A stretch of 64,000 nucleotides of DNA, taken from assembly GCF_032062105.1 (NCBI RefSeq), contig NW_026935558.1, positions 1-64,000 on the forward strand, in the 5' to 3' direction. The notes under the pieces are model-generated. The model made no database searches. It was not told where the DNA came from and saw nothing but the letters and a program-made list of their open reading frames with translations. The translations under genes and the position numbers were made by a program. Each line of letters starts with the position of its first letter. Position 1 is the first letter of the stretch. Below, one piece after another: positions 1 to 13,710 of the stretch. Source of the DNA: Saccostrea cucullata (taxonomy: Eukaryota).

Positions 1-32
1 ATCTCGATCTTCAGATCAAATGTATATCGTTT

Positions 33-250
33 GTTGTCCCCCGCTTTTGAGAAAGGGAGAGGACATTAAATCTCATTCGTCTGTCTGTCAATCTGTCAGT
101 CTAGACATCTGTCACAAAAACTTTAACCTTGCCCATAGCATTTGATTAAGCTGAGCTATGACTTCAAATTTCACATGTGTATTCCTTGTGTCAAGACCTT
201 TCTTTAGGTACCACACCATTTACACGGACCACAATTCTTTGAACTTGCTT
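33..250 (+). mobile_element. 5' fragment of a non-autonomous Helentron/HINE (pearl/CvA-like) repeat
   Basis: TGTCCCCC...GGACA short hairpin followed by a (GTCT)n microsatellite and one degenerate satellite-like unit. Confidence 0.5.
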
Positions 251-1311
251 ATTTCCATTTTGTTTTCATGATGAGAATTGAAGAATGGGAAACTCTTTCT
301 TTTAAATATGTGCAATTTCTTGAACATATAAGACTGAAACGCCATTTCATGATACATGTGATAGCTGCACTTTCAGGATTTGACCCTACCCTACCTCCAC
401 CAACACTACACTCAACAATAAAAAAACAAACATAAGACTGTTGACTAAGCATTAATTTTCCTTTTATGTAATCATAAAAGCATAGCATAAACAACAAATA
501 ATATTTTATGATATGCATATTATTGTTAGATAATAATAACAAGTTAATAAAATAGTGTATTATCATCATCAGTGTTTTTGTTGAACTTGTACATAGGCAT
601 ACATAACAATCATATTGATAAATATAAAACTCAACAAAATATACACATGTACATTGATACCATACTAATTCTAATCAATAATAATAATAATAATTGTAGT
701 CCTACAGTCTTACCCATATTTACCTTACAGCATAACCTAAACCAGTCACCAATCTCAAAGTTAGAAATTTAGAAAACCTACACCCCCACCCCCATCCCAC
801 CCCCAATATACAGTATTTAATGGTAATATACCACTTGGATATCTTTATGCTATAATTCTTAGACTGGGTTAAACTCCTTGCCCTGTGCCTACCCTTCATC
901 CTTAAACATTTTATTAAACCAAGTGATGGTTAAACTAACTCTCTTAAAATATTTAGAGCAGCCTAACCCTTTTCATTGCTTTAATAGTAAAGGTGACATT
1001 CTATAAATCCCAATGAAATTATTTTTAAAAATCAAGAAAACATTTGAAATAAGTCAGAAAATAGCTATTATAGATATAATATACAGAAATTAATAAATTT
1101 TGCTCACTTGCTCCTTTCCCTAATAAGACTTATGCTTTAGAATCAAAATAAATTTATACCTTAATTTACAAGAAGTTCATTACGCAGTTAAACATTTTTG
1201 ATATGTATGTTCAAAATCACTAATTTACAAGTAGGTTTACTTCCTAAGATGTGCAATTTATTATTGAATTAGTTCAAATTAAGCACTGCAAAGTAAGTCC
1301 CAGCTGGTGAC

Positions 1312-3180
1312 TCAGTCTCTGCTCCTGCGATTAACCACCTTGACCTAAAAAGAAAAAAGTAATATTCTGTAAATTAAATATTCACTAATTAAGTACAAGT
1401 ACAGTCAATAGTAAAAAAAAATGTGTGAACATTATTTTTCAGATGTTATTCGATCTCTTCATTCCTATGATACAGTTTCTAAAAATATCCCATATAGTAG
1501 ATACTAGAATATAAATCTGTTCAATTATTCTCACATATGATTTGTTGTCAATCTTTAAAAAACTTGTTTAAAAATTTGAAATATTTTGAAAGCTATGGAT
1601 TTTCAATCCATGCAATTAGCTGTAGCTGCAGCATTCGTTTTGATAACTTGGATACAAAATGCCTTAATTTTTTATGGTACTTAGATGAATTCAAGTGTAA
1701 GATGCACATCTCTGAGATTAAACAGAAATAATTACACTAATTAAAACAGAAGTATACATATGAAATATTAAAACGTACCGTTGACTCTCTTCTTAGATTT
1801 CTTATGTGGTTTTCCAGTCCCTGCATGGCTGGAAGTGGTACTGCAGGTCCGTCCTCTCCCATGGAGTGGTGCAGAAATTCACTGGCCTTCTTGGCTGTAG
1901 GTGCTGGAAACTGTCTTTCCCTTGCCAAATGTTGCCTCCACCACTCCACATCGGAAGAGGAAAGCTTGCCTCCATCTTCCCATTTCTGAAGGTCCACGTC
2001 CATGGCTTGGAAAACCCTTCCTCCCTTCTCGGTCATCTGTGTCTTTGCCTCAGGGTCCTCCTGGAAGGCACTGGCCAGCCCAGTGACGTCTACCTTCTTG
2101 TAAGGGGAGGATTTCAGGGGCCACTCCTTGTACGACATGAAGACTTGATCTCCCTCTCTGGTAAACTTGAACACATGGGGGGTACTGTGTCCCACTAAGT
2201 GCACACTAGAGGACAGTCCCAGCTGCCTGTAGTCCCAGATGTTCTCCAAATGCTCCACATGGGGTGTTGGGTTATAGGCCTCCCTTGATAGTTCCTGGAG
2301 CACTGGCAGGGTCTGGATGGGGGTCCTAGAGATGTGGACAGAGACCCGAGAAAACAGCTCGTCCTCGTGAGTGTGGCCCACCATGAGGAAGGAGAGTTTG
2401 ATCTGTTAAAAAAAAAAAGGAAAACTGATCAGGTCATTCATACCTTGAAACTAATACAATGTATTGGTATTCCTAAAAATCAACCCTTACGTAAAATAAA
2501 TATGTGCAATAAATGCAATTTTTTTGTTTTGTTTACTTTTTGGGGAAATATAAATTAAACTGCACATACCGGTATTATACAACACATACCCTCTTTACAC
2601 AAATACAAACTGAATACTTCATTTACAGTAAAATAATTTGAAGTACCGGGGTAAGGCAATAATCCAAAATAAAATACAATTTTGTTCATATGGCAATGCA
2701 AATAAAACTAACTTGATTTAAAAGTTTATTTCTATATACTAATAGTCGCCCGCATGGCGCAGTGGTTAGAGCGTCTGCTCAAGAGTCGCAGAGAAAGAAG
2801 TCGATCCTTTCATTGCGGGTTCGAATCCCACTGTGGGACGTGGAAACCGGTCCTTCGGATGAGACCGTATAAACCGAGGTCCCGTGTCACAGTAGGTGCT
2901 GGCACGAAAAAGATCCCTCACTGCTCAAAGGCCCTGAGTGCCGAGCATAGGACAAAAATTTGTACTTATAAAGAAGATTTAAACAGGTTTCCCTATATAT
3001 TTCTATGTAAAACTCTAATCGGCCATTTTGGCCCCACCCTTACCCCAGGGGTCATGACTTGAACAAACTTGAATCTACACTACTTGAGGATGATTTCACA
3101 TGAGTTTCATCTTTCCTGGACCAGTGTTTTTTGAGAAGAAGATTTTTTCAAAAATGCCAATAATTTTTCTCTAATTCATG

Positions 3181-3224
<44 letters not shown>

Positions 3225-3246
3225 ATTGAATCCCCTTCACCCAAGA

Positions 3247-3287
<41 letters not shown>

Positions 3288-6200
3288 GTGAGAAGAAAAT
3301 GAAAACGTGAAAAGTTTACAACAACGACGACAGACAACGGACAAATTTTAATCAGAAAAGCTCACTTGAGCCTTTGGCTCAGGTGAGCTAAAACTTATAG
3401 AAACAACAAGCCAAAAATTTACCTTCTTAACAATTCGTTGTTGCACAAGACTGGCCAGGAACCCCATAAGAATAACATTCTTATTATCTTTGGCTGAATT
3501 ATCTGCCTGGATGTAAAGAGTTGGAGGAAGCGACATGTCCTGTGGAAAAAAGAGCAATAAGATTACTGGTAATTGATATAATAATTAGAAAAAAAATGTA
3601 TAAGAAACATTTAAGCACAGAATGCTGTAGACACCTGGCTAAAGGATTAAAAAGAAGACTTAATTATTAAAAAAAAAAATATTTTGTTCATGGAATTTGA
3701 AATGCTCTTGAATGTTTCCTTTCCATGCTGTTAATTTCAATTTATAAAACAAAAATTTACATTGTTCAAAACATTTCAAAGATAGCAATAGGTTATGTGA
3801 GTGACTCAGTTGACTTTTTTAATTACAAATACGAGTTCGTATATGAATAATATCATCAATACATGAATTTGGGGAAAGTGTAATGCAACTTGATGCAGTT
3901 TATGTAAGTATGCCTTGCACCTTTATAAGTAGAAGAGTACAAGGTTTGTAGAATAAAATTATTTTACTTACATTGGAAACATCCTCTAGCACTTTGAGGA
4001 GGCAGTTGATGGTAATGTTCGCATCACATGGAAATTTGTCCGTCCAAGTAAACAGATAGGGTTTCTTCTGACCGTGCTCCAGAACGCCAGTCACATGGTG
4101 GTGAACTCTCGTTAGAGTGGCATCTCCCTATGAAGAAAAAAAAATTGTTGTAGATTTCATGACTCGTACTTGTAAACAGTACTCTCATGCTCCAAAAAAA
4201 AATTCTCTTTTTAAAAGAATCAACTTATTTAACCGTCTATTTTAATTTGAGAATTGATCACATTAGAACACAAATATGTTTCACCTTATGATATGTAGGG
4301 AATCTGGGCAGATTGGTTTTTGCCTGGTCCATGTTGTCTATTATAATAGACAAGTATTTGTCTGGACGATCTGCTGCCTTTTTGGAATGTTTGTAGTACT
4401 TCTCCCTGGCTATTCTACAGAGACAATACATATTGAAAATAAAAATCATGTATAACTAGTGCTAATTGTAACGGGGACCGTTACAGATGTTCCCCAAACG
4501 CCCCCAACTCCCTTTTGGTGCCATATTCCCTGTCAATTTCATAAAATAAGACAAACTCTATGCATTTGCGACTTTAACAACGTTTACCCAGAAGTGTACC
4601 AAGTTCATTCAAATTTGGCATTGCACGCGTGCGCATGTGAATGCATGTGCGTAATGACCATATCATCTTGTCTACACAATCTATATATTTTAATGTATTA
4701 AATATAAAAGTATTTAATCCAAAAGTATTTAAAAAATACGCTCATTCAAGTGTATTTTTGATTCTCATTTCACGTGCACGCATTTGCATACATGAGCATG
4801 GTGACCATACCCTCTTGTAGTAGTCCATTATATCTATCTATGTTCCAAATCCCATCCTGTTTGGTTGAAAACCAAGGGAGTTATAGCTATTTAAAGTTTA
4901 AGCCAATCAGATTGCAGCACACGTGCATGCACGTGTTTTCATGACAATTGCTATATACCATGTTGTAGGATATCCTAATGCATGGCTATGTTCAAAATTT
5001 CAAAGGATTTCGTGAAAAAACAAGAAAGATATTGAGACTTTAGTTTCAGCCAATCAGAACAAAGCGCACGTGCATGCGCGTGAGATCTTGCTATTTTGAC
5101 CATATCATCTTGTCTACGCTACTAATATATCCTTACATTATAAATTTTAAAAGATTTCATCAAAAAATAGAAAAGTTACGGCTGTATCCATTATATTTGT
5201 CATTTCACGTGTTGCACGTGCGCGCTCTTGCAAGCACGTGCGCGCAAAATGGCATGTTGACAATGACATCTTATCTACATTTATAATATGTCTATATATT
5301 CTTAATATCAAAGCATTACATCAAAAAATGGAAAAGTTACGGCAATTTCAAGTATATTGGTCATTTCAGGTGTTGCACGTGCGCGCTCTTGCAAGCACGT
5401 GCGCGCAAAATGACCTTCGTTCCGCAAATCTACATAACATGCCTACTTACCCTAAAAAGGTTTCCCCTTAATCGGATGTGTACTTTACAAGATCATTCGC
5501 GGACAAAATTTTCCCGAGAAGAAAAAAAATAATAATAACTAGTGCTAATTGTAACGGGGACCGTTACAGATGTTCCCCAAACGCTCCCCGAATCCCTTTT
5601 ATAGTCATATTCCCCGAAAGCGTAATTAAATAAGACAAACTTTATGCATTTGAAACTTTAAAAACGTTTACCCAGAAGTGTACCATGTTCATTAAAATTT
5701 TATCACTGCACACTTGCGCATGTGAATGCATGTGCGTAATGACCATATCATATTGTCTAAACAATCTATATATTTTAATATGCTAAATATTAAAGTATTT
5801 AATCCAAAAGTATTAAAAAACCGCTCATTCAAGTGCATTTTTGATTTTACCCATTTCACGTGCACGCACGTGCATACATAAGCATGGTGACCATACCTTC
5901 TTGTAGAAGTCCATTACATCTATCTATGTTCTAAATCCAACCCCGTTTGGTTGAAAACCAAGGGAGTTATGGCTGTTTAAAGTTTCAGCCAATCAGATTG
6001 CAGCATTTGTACACGCACGTGCATGCATGTGCATGGTGACCATACCTTCTTGTAGAAGTCCATTATATATATCTATGTTCCAAATCCCATCCAGTTTGGT
6101 TGAAAACCAAGGGAGTTATAGCTATTTAAAATTTCAGCCAATCAGATTGCAGCGCACGTGCATGCACGTGTTTTCATGATAATTGGTATATATCATTTTG

Positions 6201-9200
6201 TAGGATATCCTAATGCATGGCTATGATCAAAATTTCAGAGGATTTCGTCAAAAAACAAGAAAGATATTGAGACTTTAGTTTCAGCCAATCAGAGCGTAGC
6301 GCACGTGCATGCGCGTGAGTTCTTGCCATATTGACCACGTCATCTTGTTTATACTACTAATATATCCTTACATTATGAGTTCCAAACCATTTCATCAAAA
6401 AATAGAAAAGTTACGGCAATATACATTATATTGGTCATTTCACGTGTTGCACGTGCGCGCTCTTGCAAGCACGTGCGCGCAAAATGACCTTCGTTCCGCA
6501 AATTTTCATAACATGTCTACTGACCCTAAAAACATTTCACCTTAGTTGGATGTGTAGTTTACGAGATCATTCGCGGACAAAAAAGTGCCCAGGAAGAAGA
6601 AAAATAATAATAAGAAGAAACAGAGTAAAAACAATATGTTCCCCAACTTCGTTTGGGGAACATAATAAGCATGAACAGTTTTCGTAATAACAGAATGCTG
6701 CATGTATAAATTAACACATTCATAATTTAGCCAAAACACCAGGTATGGATTGGTTGGCATAGTCGTGAATTAGCGCAACATATTTAGCACTAAAGATAAA
6801 AATTAACTATTTATTGTCTATGAGATGAAGTAAAATTTTTATCTGTTAGCTGTTATTGCTGTTCAATTAGCATGTCCATCTGGCTGATAATAGCTAACTA
6901 AATTTGGCTCAATGTTCTAGGCCTGATAAAATGGCAGACCAAAGCATGTTTATGAAAACATCATATCATATTTATTTCTTAATGGTAACCATGAATTAAC
7001 ACATTGCTATCTGAACCAAAGCCGTTAAAAAATATAGAGCATGCTTTTTTAAGTACACACACTATATTTATTTTATAAGGCTATATAAAACTGAAATTAC
7101 TGTTCTCAGACCTGCTCATATCCAATTCGAGGTACCCGCTTTCCAAATTTATTATATTTTTGATAAAAGAAAAATTTGGTTATGTAGGCATAATCTGGGA
7201 AAAGAAGTTTGCTCTCACTTTCCAGTAGCCATTAAAGAGACTTGTATACTTTATTTTAAAATACATTTGAAGATAATGTGTACGATATTCAATTATAAAC
7301 TTATAAGTACTGAAATGGATAGTGTAAATCTGTTAATCAGACATGGAAAGGACGTAATGAACGAAAAAATTTTAACATAATCGCAGAGAAAATTCAGGTA
7401 AAAAATACCTCCTTCATTGAATTCATCACCAATAAAAAAATGAATTAAGAAGAAAAAGCCACACATCTACATCTTTTTTTGGGAAAAATGGCCTGAGAAA
7501 TGGAGAATTAATTTATATACTCTAAAATATGTATTTTAAAAAAGAATATACATACCGTGCCATCAGCAAGTGTGCCTTTTTCTGTTGCTGGAGTTTCACC
7601 CTTTGCTCTTTGGTCAGCTTGCTGAGTTTCAGCTGCTTGAACATGGAACATTCTTTGCATTCAGTGAAAGCTGATCGCTGAAATAAATAGAAAAATTGTA
7701 AGTAACCACACATGATTCATTATCAGGACATTGGTGTTTATTATCCTATATGTCATCAAATGTATAGATCAAGTTTGGAACATGGGATAGGTGGTTTCTC
7801 CTACATTTTTTTTCCATGATAAAGAAATATGTGCTCTTAATTGTTTTTTTTTTCAGCTCTTTCTTTCATTTTGTTCAACATAAAAAACTTTAAAATTATT
7901 TTTTTTTGTGAAGTTGCCTCCTCCTCCTTTGAAATATGTCCATGTAACTTAAATAATGTGATAATTGTATGCACATAAAAGTATTCCTAAATTTATACTT
8001 ATTAACATACAATTTTTTTCATTTTGATAAATATTTCATGATTTAAACATTCATTTAGCATTTTTAGAATTCAAAGCAATGAAAACAAGAGGCCCATGGG
8101 CCACATCACTCACCTGAGTAGCTTTGACCATGCTCTTCTTTGCAAAATGTCCCCCTTGTAATACATGTTGTGACCCCCACCCTACCACATAGGTCATTAT
8201 TTGGATAATTTAGAATCTACACTTACCCGGGGTTCTTTCATGTAAGTTTCAACTTTCCCGGCACAGTGGTTCTTGCAAAGAGGATTTTTTAATGACACCA
8301 ACTTATTTTTTTCTTTTCTTGATTATCTCCCTTTGTGGTGGAAATTGACCCTTTATTTAAAGAAAAAATCAAACTTCCTTTCTCCAAGGATTCTTTGTAC
8401 CAAGTTTTGTTAAAATTGGCAGAGTGGTTCTTGAGGAGAAGTCGAAGGTGTGAAAAGTTTACAGATGGACAAACAGACAGATGGATGGACAGACGGCTGA
8501 CAAAATTTGATCAGAAAACCTCACTTGAGCCCAAAGCTCCGTTGAGCTAAAAAAGTAGGGAAAAAGAAAGTTTACATACCTCTGAAGCTTTCATATCAGG
8601 ACATCTCTCCTTCCACACCCTCTGAAAATGCCTGTAGCTGAAGGGGGTTTCATGGTCGTCTGCATACTCCTTATAGGCACTCTTCTGGGTCATGCAAGTG
8701 GGAAGCATGATCTTGGCCCTGTCTGGCATCTGTTCTCCTTGTTTGTCTCCCAGAGATGAAAGGAAATTGGACAAATGGGAAACACGCTCATGGCCATACT
8801 TCATGCCTATCCTTCGATCAGCTGATGGATTCTTGGCATACTTCTGCTCTATGTATCTGTTGAAAAAAAATCAACATGAAAAATATGAGCAATATCAGAA
8901 TCTTCTAAGTTAATCTTTAAACTAAAGTTTTTTAATTATCATTTTAAATCATATAATGATCTGATTAAACAAGTTGAGTCTTTGAAAAATGGGAGATGTG
9001 GTTGTTGAAGATTTATTTGGGACAGATAACTTAATTTCCACAGTCAAACCAATGAAAAAATTCTTATGGTTACATGTATGGAGTGTAAAACATAAAAAAG
9101 ATTTAAAGACACAACTATTTCATACAACATTCTATAATTCAGAGATTTAATCAAGTTAAAATAAAATCTACAAAATAACTTTCACACATACAAAAAAAAT

Positions 9201-10816
9201 GTGCATTTTCATGCAAAACTTGTCACTAACCATAACAGTAGCAAGTTCTCAACATGTTTGTCAAAAACATGCATCACATATGTAGTAAGACTGCAAACCA
9301 AATCATGCATACTTGAGGAATTCAAGAAGATGTGCTTTTACATTATTTTCTCAAGAATTAAAATTCCAATACGTTATATTGAATTATATTTCATAAATGA
9401 ATTAGAATGTGACTGATATATGGGCCGACAAATCCTAGTAGCTGGAACGAGACAGTAATTTTTAAAAAATTTTTTCTGTTTATTCAATTTTTTTTAAAAA
9501 ATCACATTTACTGTACTACTACTTTTTAACTACGGGTACCATTGTGTATTTAAATTCATACTGACCTTTAACTATCATGCTAAGTTAAATCCATATAATG
9601 ACATCAATCTTTTGATTGAGTACTCTGTTTTTGTTCTTTCTTTTTTTTTTTAGGAAAGGAGGATTAAAATAAGTGCAATGGAGAACATTTTTTCATTTGA
9701 ATGTTAATTAATTTCTCTAAAGTAAATTTGGGAATCAAATCTATTTAATATATTCCCCTATCAAACCAGGAAATTTGCCAATGTTACCAAGACTAAATTT
9801 GAAATAATGATTCATATCACACAGTCTTACTTTGTCATACTATACATGTAATACTCTAATACTACATATTTAAATGCTTTGCCATTTTAATTCAAACATG
9901 TCAGGATGTATAGAGTAGAAACAACTAACATGACTATTCTTAGAATTAACTTCTGTGAATTTTATGAAGGACATGTATGAACATCTTTTTATCTTCCTTT
10001 TTTTTTTTAAAAGCAATCTGTCATGGCCCCTTAGGACCTTGTCTCCCTTACTATAAAGGAATGGAATTCTACCCAGCCTACTAAGATACTCAATGACCTA
10101 ACATGCATAATAAAGTTAGTACTTGACTTAAGTTTCTGCATACTCAATATCATACAGCTTTTCAAGGATACACAAATGCGCACAGAAATTTTGTCATCAG
10201 GAAACATAACAAACTTATGAATAAATATTAATTGCTAGCTCATTAAAAACATTAGGATTTTGACTTCTAGATACTGTGGTTTCATTAATATTCATTGAGC
10301 ACCAATTTACAAGGATTTCGTTGTTGAGCAGATCCACTAATTTAAATGTTCATTGAATTAAGTAATACATGTATGCTATTCAATTGTATCAAAATTGCTT
10401 TTTTTCCGCGAAATTATGTATCCTTGAAAATGTCCTTCTTATAAAATCATTGAAAATGGATACCAACAAAAATTGATGAAACCACAGTACTGAGATTATA
10501 GTGAAGAATTTTCAAAATAATTACCGTGATCTAGACACTCCATGAACTATACGCCAGCATTCACTGCACACTAAAATTCCAGCCAACACACACTGTTCTG
10601 CACAAACTTGTCCACGGTGAATTGCAATCTCCTGATTCTGCTGCGTGATGACCAGTTTCCAAAACTGCTTCCTGATGGAAAAAACTGCATTTGTGGGAAT
10701 CTTCTGCAAACACTTGGATGGACAGCACTTCTTCTTCAAGTCTTCACTAATGGTCTCAGTTTGAGTCTTTTCAAATTGCCTTTTCCCACATTTTTTCTTC
10801 TCATTTAGGACATCAG
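1312..10816 (-). CDS. DUF7869-type, Sola-related DDE/D transposase-like protein with Cys-rich N-terminus (5' exons not located)
   Basis: Nine GT-AG exons splice in frame: 10816-10525, 8856-8580, 7677-7556, 4414-4285, 4127-3972, 3539-3423, 2402-1779, 1344-1312 (TGA) give eight located coding exons, plus at least one unlocated upstream exon (the first starts in phase 1). Motifs: CCPSKC..VCSECWRIVHG, GEQMPD, CKEC, SIIIDNMDQAKTNLP, LYIQADNSAKDNKN, FLMVGHTHED-ELFSRVS. Confidence 0.8.
2745..2963 (+). mobile_element. tRNA-derived SINE with Deu/Nin-like central domain
   Basis: A box TGGCGCAGTGG (2755-2765), B box GGTTCGAATCC (2818-2828), then CCTTCGGATGAGACCGTATAAACCGAGGTCCCGT...AAAGATCCC resembling the Deu/Nin core. 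Confidence 0.75.
2970..3393 (-). mobile_element. Helentron/HINE element with ~166-bp oyster satellite-like units
   Basis: Reverse complement begins TTTTAGCTCACCTGAGCCAAAGGCTCAAGTGAGCTTTTCTGAT, then a (GTC)n-type microsatellite and repeated TGAACAAACTTGAATC/GAAGAAGATTTT units. Confidence 0.8.
4454..6666 (-). mobile_element. Head-to-tail dimer of a HINE-type element with internal ~140-bp repeats
   Basis: AACTAGTGCTAATTGTAACGGGGACCGTTACAGATGTTCCCCAAACG at 4454 and again at 5537; single 5' end hairpin ATGTTCCCCAACTTCGTTTGGGGAACAT ending near 6663 next to an (AAT/AAG)n tract. Confidence 0.8.
8084..8554 (-). mobile_element. Full-length short HINE
   Basis: AACAAGAGGCCCATGGGCCACATCACTCACCTGAG at the left end; (GACA/GATG)n then CTCACTTGAGCCC...GAGCTAAAA at the right end. 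Confidence 0.8.
10274..10487. mobile_element. Tc1/mariner-type MITE (214 bp)
   Basis: TIRs CTGTGGTTTCAT / ATGAAACCACAG, flanked by TA on both sides. Confidence 0.85.
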
Positions 10817-10849
10817 CTGGAAAAAAAGAATAGAATTAATATCCTGTCA

Positions 10850-10852
<3 letters not shown>

Positions 10853-10889
<37 letters not shown>

Positions 10890-11350
10890 GCTTTTACCAT
10901 TCTGTTCTTTACCACATTTCCCCCTTGTTATACATAATGCATCCCCACCCTACCCCACTGATCATAATTTAGACATTTTGAAATCTATACTACCCCATGA
11001 TCCTTCCATGGGCACATATGTTTCAGCTTTTTTGCCCAGTGGTTCCTGAGAAGAAGATTTTCAAAGATTTTTCCTATATATTTCTATGTAAAACTGATTC
11101 CCTATAATGGCCCCGCCCTTCCCCCGGGGGTCATGATTCCTGCAATTTAGAATTTACACTACCCCACAATGCTTCCACATAAGCTTCACTTTTTCTGGCC
11201 CAGTGGTTCTTGAGAAGAAGATTTTCAAAAAAAAATTTCTATATAAAACTTTGATTCCCCATTGTGGTCCCGCCCTTCCCCTGGGGGTCATTATTTGAAC
11301 AATTTAGAATCTAAATTATACCAGGATGCTTCCACATAAGTTTCAGCTTT
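10853..11350 (-). mobile_element. Truncated HINE with about three satellite-like units
   Basis: AACAAGAGGCCCATGGGCCACATCGCTCACCTGAG end plus repeated CCCAGTGGTTC..GAGAAGAAGATTTT units. Confidence 0.75.
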
Positions 11351-13710
11351 AATCTTAATATCAATGTAAATGATTTAAATGAATTTTTTATACAAGATGG
11401 CAAGGGGAGGTTATGTGCATTAAAAAATTATCTGCATAATAATGCAGTTCATATTTGGGGAAAAAGGGAAGTGTTTTGCATTTGGTTAGGGGACACATAT
11501 TTGACAATACATGAGATAGTGGAAAGTCCAAAGAATAATTAAATTACACTTGTCAATTTTAAAGGCATGATTTTTAAAAAAATAAATTGATATTTTCAAC
11601 CACTTCTAGAATTAACCATGTTTCTTTTGTTTTTTTGTTGTATAAAACAATTGGGGGACTAAATTAGTTTGAACACCGAGCAATTCAGGTAAATTGGTGC
11701 AATTATTTTTTATTAACATGTGCTGCACTGATGAAAGTATTTTGATTTCAAAGATTGGAATAATTGTGAGCATGCTGATTATCTATAATTATTCAAAACA
11801 AAAGTTCTGTGAACAGAAACGTTGTTTTAAAAGTAATTTTGATTAAATTGAAACAACCATTATTATGCCAAGATAAAAATCCTTTATTACTGACATAGAA
11901 TTATCAAAGGCAAATAGTTTTGGACAAAATTAAAAATATCAAAAATTGTTAAAAATTTAAAATAGGCTTTATTGAAATCAATAATGTCAGTCAAACTTCA
12001 CAAGAAAACCAGCATGTTTTTTTTTAACTTTCGACAGTATATACAAAAGGAAGCAAACATACTCCTGAAGCCATTTGCTATTAAAGACAGCTACTGTTTA
12101 GGAGATATATCCCATTTATACACCTTGACACTAGACAGTGTGACACATCCCTCACACTCTTACCAGTGTTGACCAGCAATTAACTTTAAATGATGGCTTC
12201 TTTTCATTTCTCCTTTTTTAAATATTAAAGAAATATAAATTAAAAATCTAAAAATCTTTTTTTTTACGTTATATATATGCCTAGTAAAGGGGTTGGTGTT
12301 TGGGTTACTACATATTTAATAAAACAAATTTTTATTTAGATTTGCTTTGGAGCATGTAGAAAGCTAAGTTTTCAAATGTATTGTATCAACAGGGTAAATC
12401 TTTGAATTATTGATAGTATAAAAATTATATTATAATTAAGTATGATATATGTACATGCAGCCATTAGATATTTAAATGCAATGTGGTGATGAATGTCTAA
12501 ATTACCTATCATTTCTTGACCTAAGAATTTGTATTTCTTGAATAATATACAATTACAATTACAATTAACTTTTCTGTGATTGTGTTTATATTTGTGCAGT
12601 GATATTTAAATTATCATTGCTGATTTTCAAAAACTAATCCCAAAAGACTAATTTTGAAATTACCGATTTCCCCCTAGTTTTAATAACAAAGTGAAAAAGA
12701 AATTTTAAGTATTTTGTAAATTTCAAGTTTTTAAAATTGAAATTTTAAGGGTTTGGATTGGAGTTGGTAAAAGTTTTTTAAACATGATAAACACTTGTCC
12801 AAAATGCATATTTACATAAAGGTGATGGATAAACACAGAGCCCCCCCCCCTCCCCCCCCCCCCACACACACACACACACAAACACACACAAAAATCATAG
12901 GCAGCAGTTGTAACATGATCTGTATTTTGGTGTTTCAGCATTTTAACTTAAAATTATTAATTTCCCGCTGTTAGTTATTCAGCCAAAGATTATAAAATCA
13001 GTTTATTTTTTAAAGCTAATAACTTGATTCATTCATGATCGAAAATTATTGGGTTTTTTTTTCAAACATTAATTTGACAAAAGTTTAGCTGTACAGGAAG
13101 TGCCCATAACTCAGGTGATCCCCGATAGGTCAGTATGGAAAAGCCAATCACGTAACCTTGAAACAAAGGTGTGAAATTAAAATCATTATAAAAGCCTACT
13201 CAAAGTCTCACCACCATAACTGTCACCATGGTGGGCTGGACTCTGTGTTCACGAAGAGGCTTAGTAACTTTTGTTACAACAGGTATGTAACTTATGTTAG
13301 ATTTATTAGGAAAATTCTTTTTTGTTCAATTAGAATGGTACTTTGGGTGAGGAAAGGCGTTAAGGTTCAACAATACTCAAATAAGAGAGATAACTCAAAA
13401 TGACATATAAATGTCTTTTATTCCTTTATAGATTTGTCAAGTTAAAGTGTCTATTTAAATGCAATATTGCCCTGCAAGCTATGTTATGATTATATTTTAC
13501 ATTTGTTTTGTAATATTTTAGTTGTTAAGGTTCAGGAAACATTTTATATGAGTGCATGAGCACTTGTTAAGAATCAAATATAGGAATTAGAGCTTTAGTT
13601 AATGTATACATTATGGGTACAATTATTGGTATAATTTTAGTCTTAAGTTATTCATGCAGTTTTATACTGATCCGTGTTTACCATGTTTACACAATTCAAA
13701 TTTCTACAAC

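Noticed and set aside
2745-2835. Functional tRNA gene
   Set aside because: A and B boxes are present but there is no clean cloverleaf or T-run terminator, and it continues into a SINE core.
5074-6760. ORF-track peptides with LHVRALASTCAQN repeats
   Set aside because: Translations of non-coding HINE tandem units.
12164-12215. Upstream coding exon of the DUF7869 gene
   Set aside because: Good donor (CTG|GTAAG), but the frame needed to join the phase-1 exon at 10816 contains stops and the acceptor is weak.
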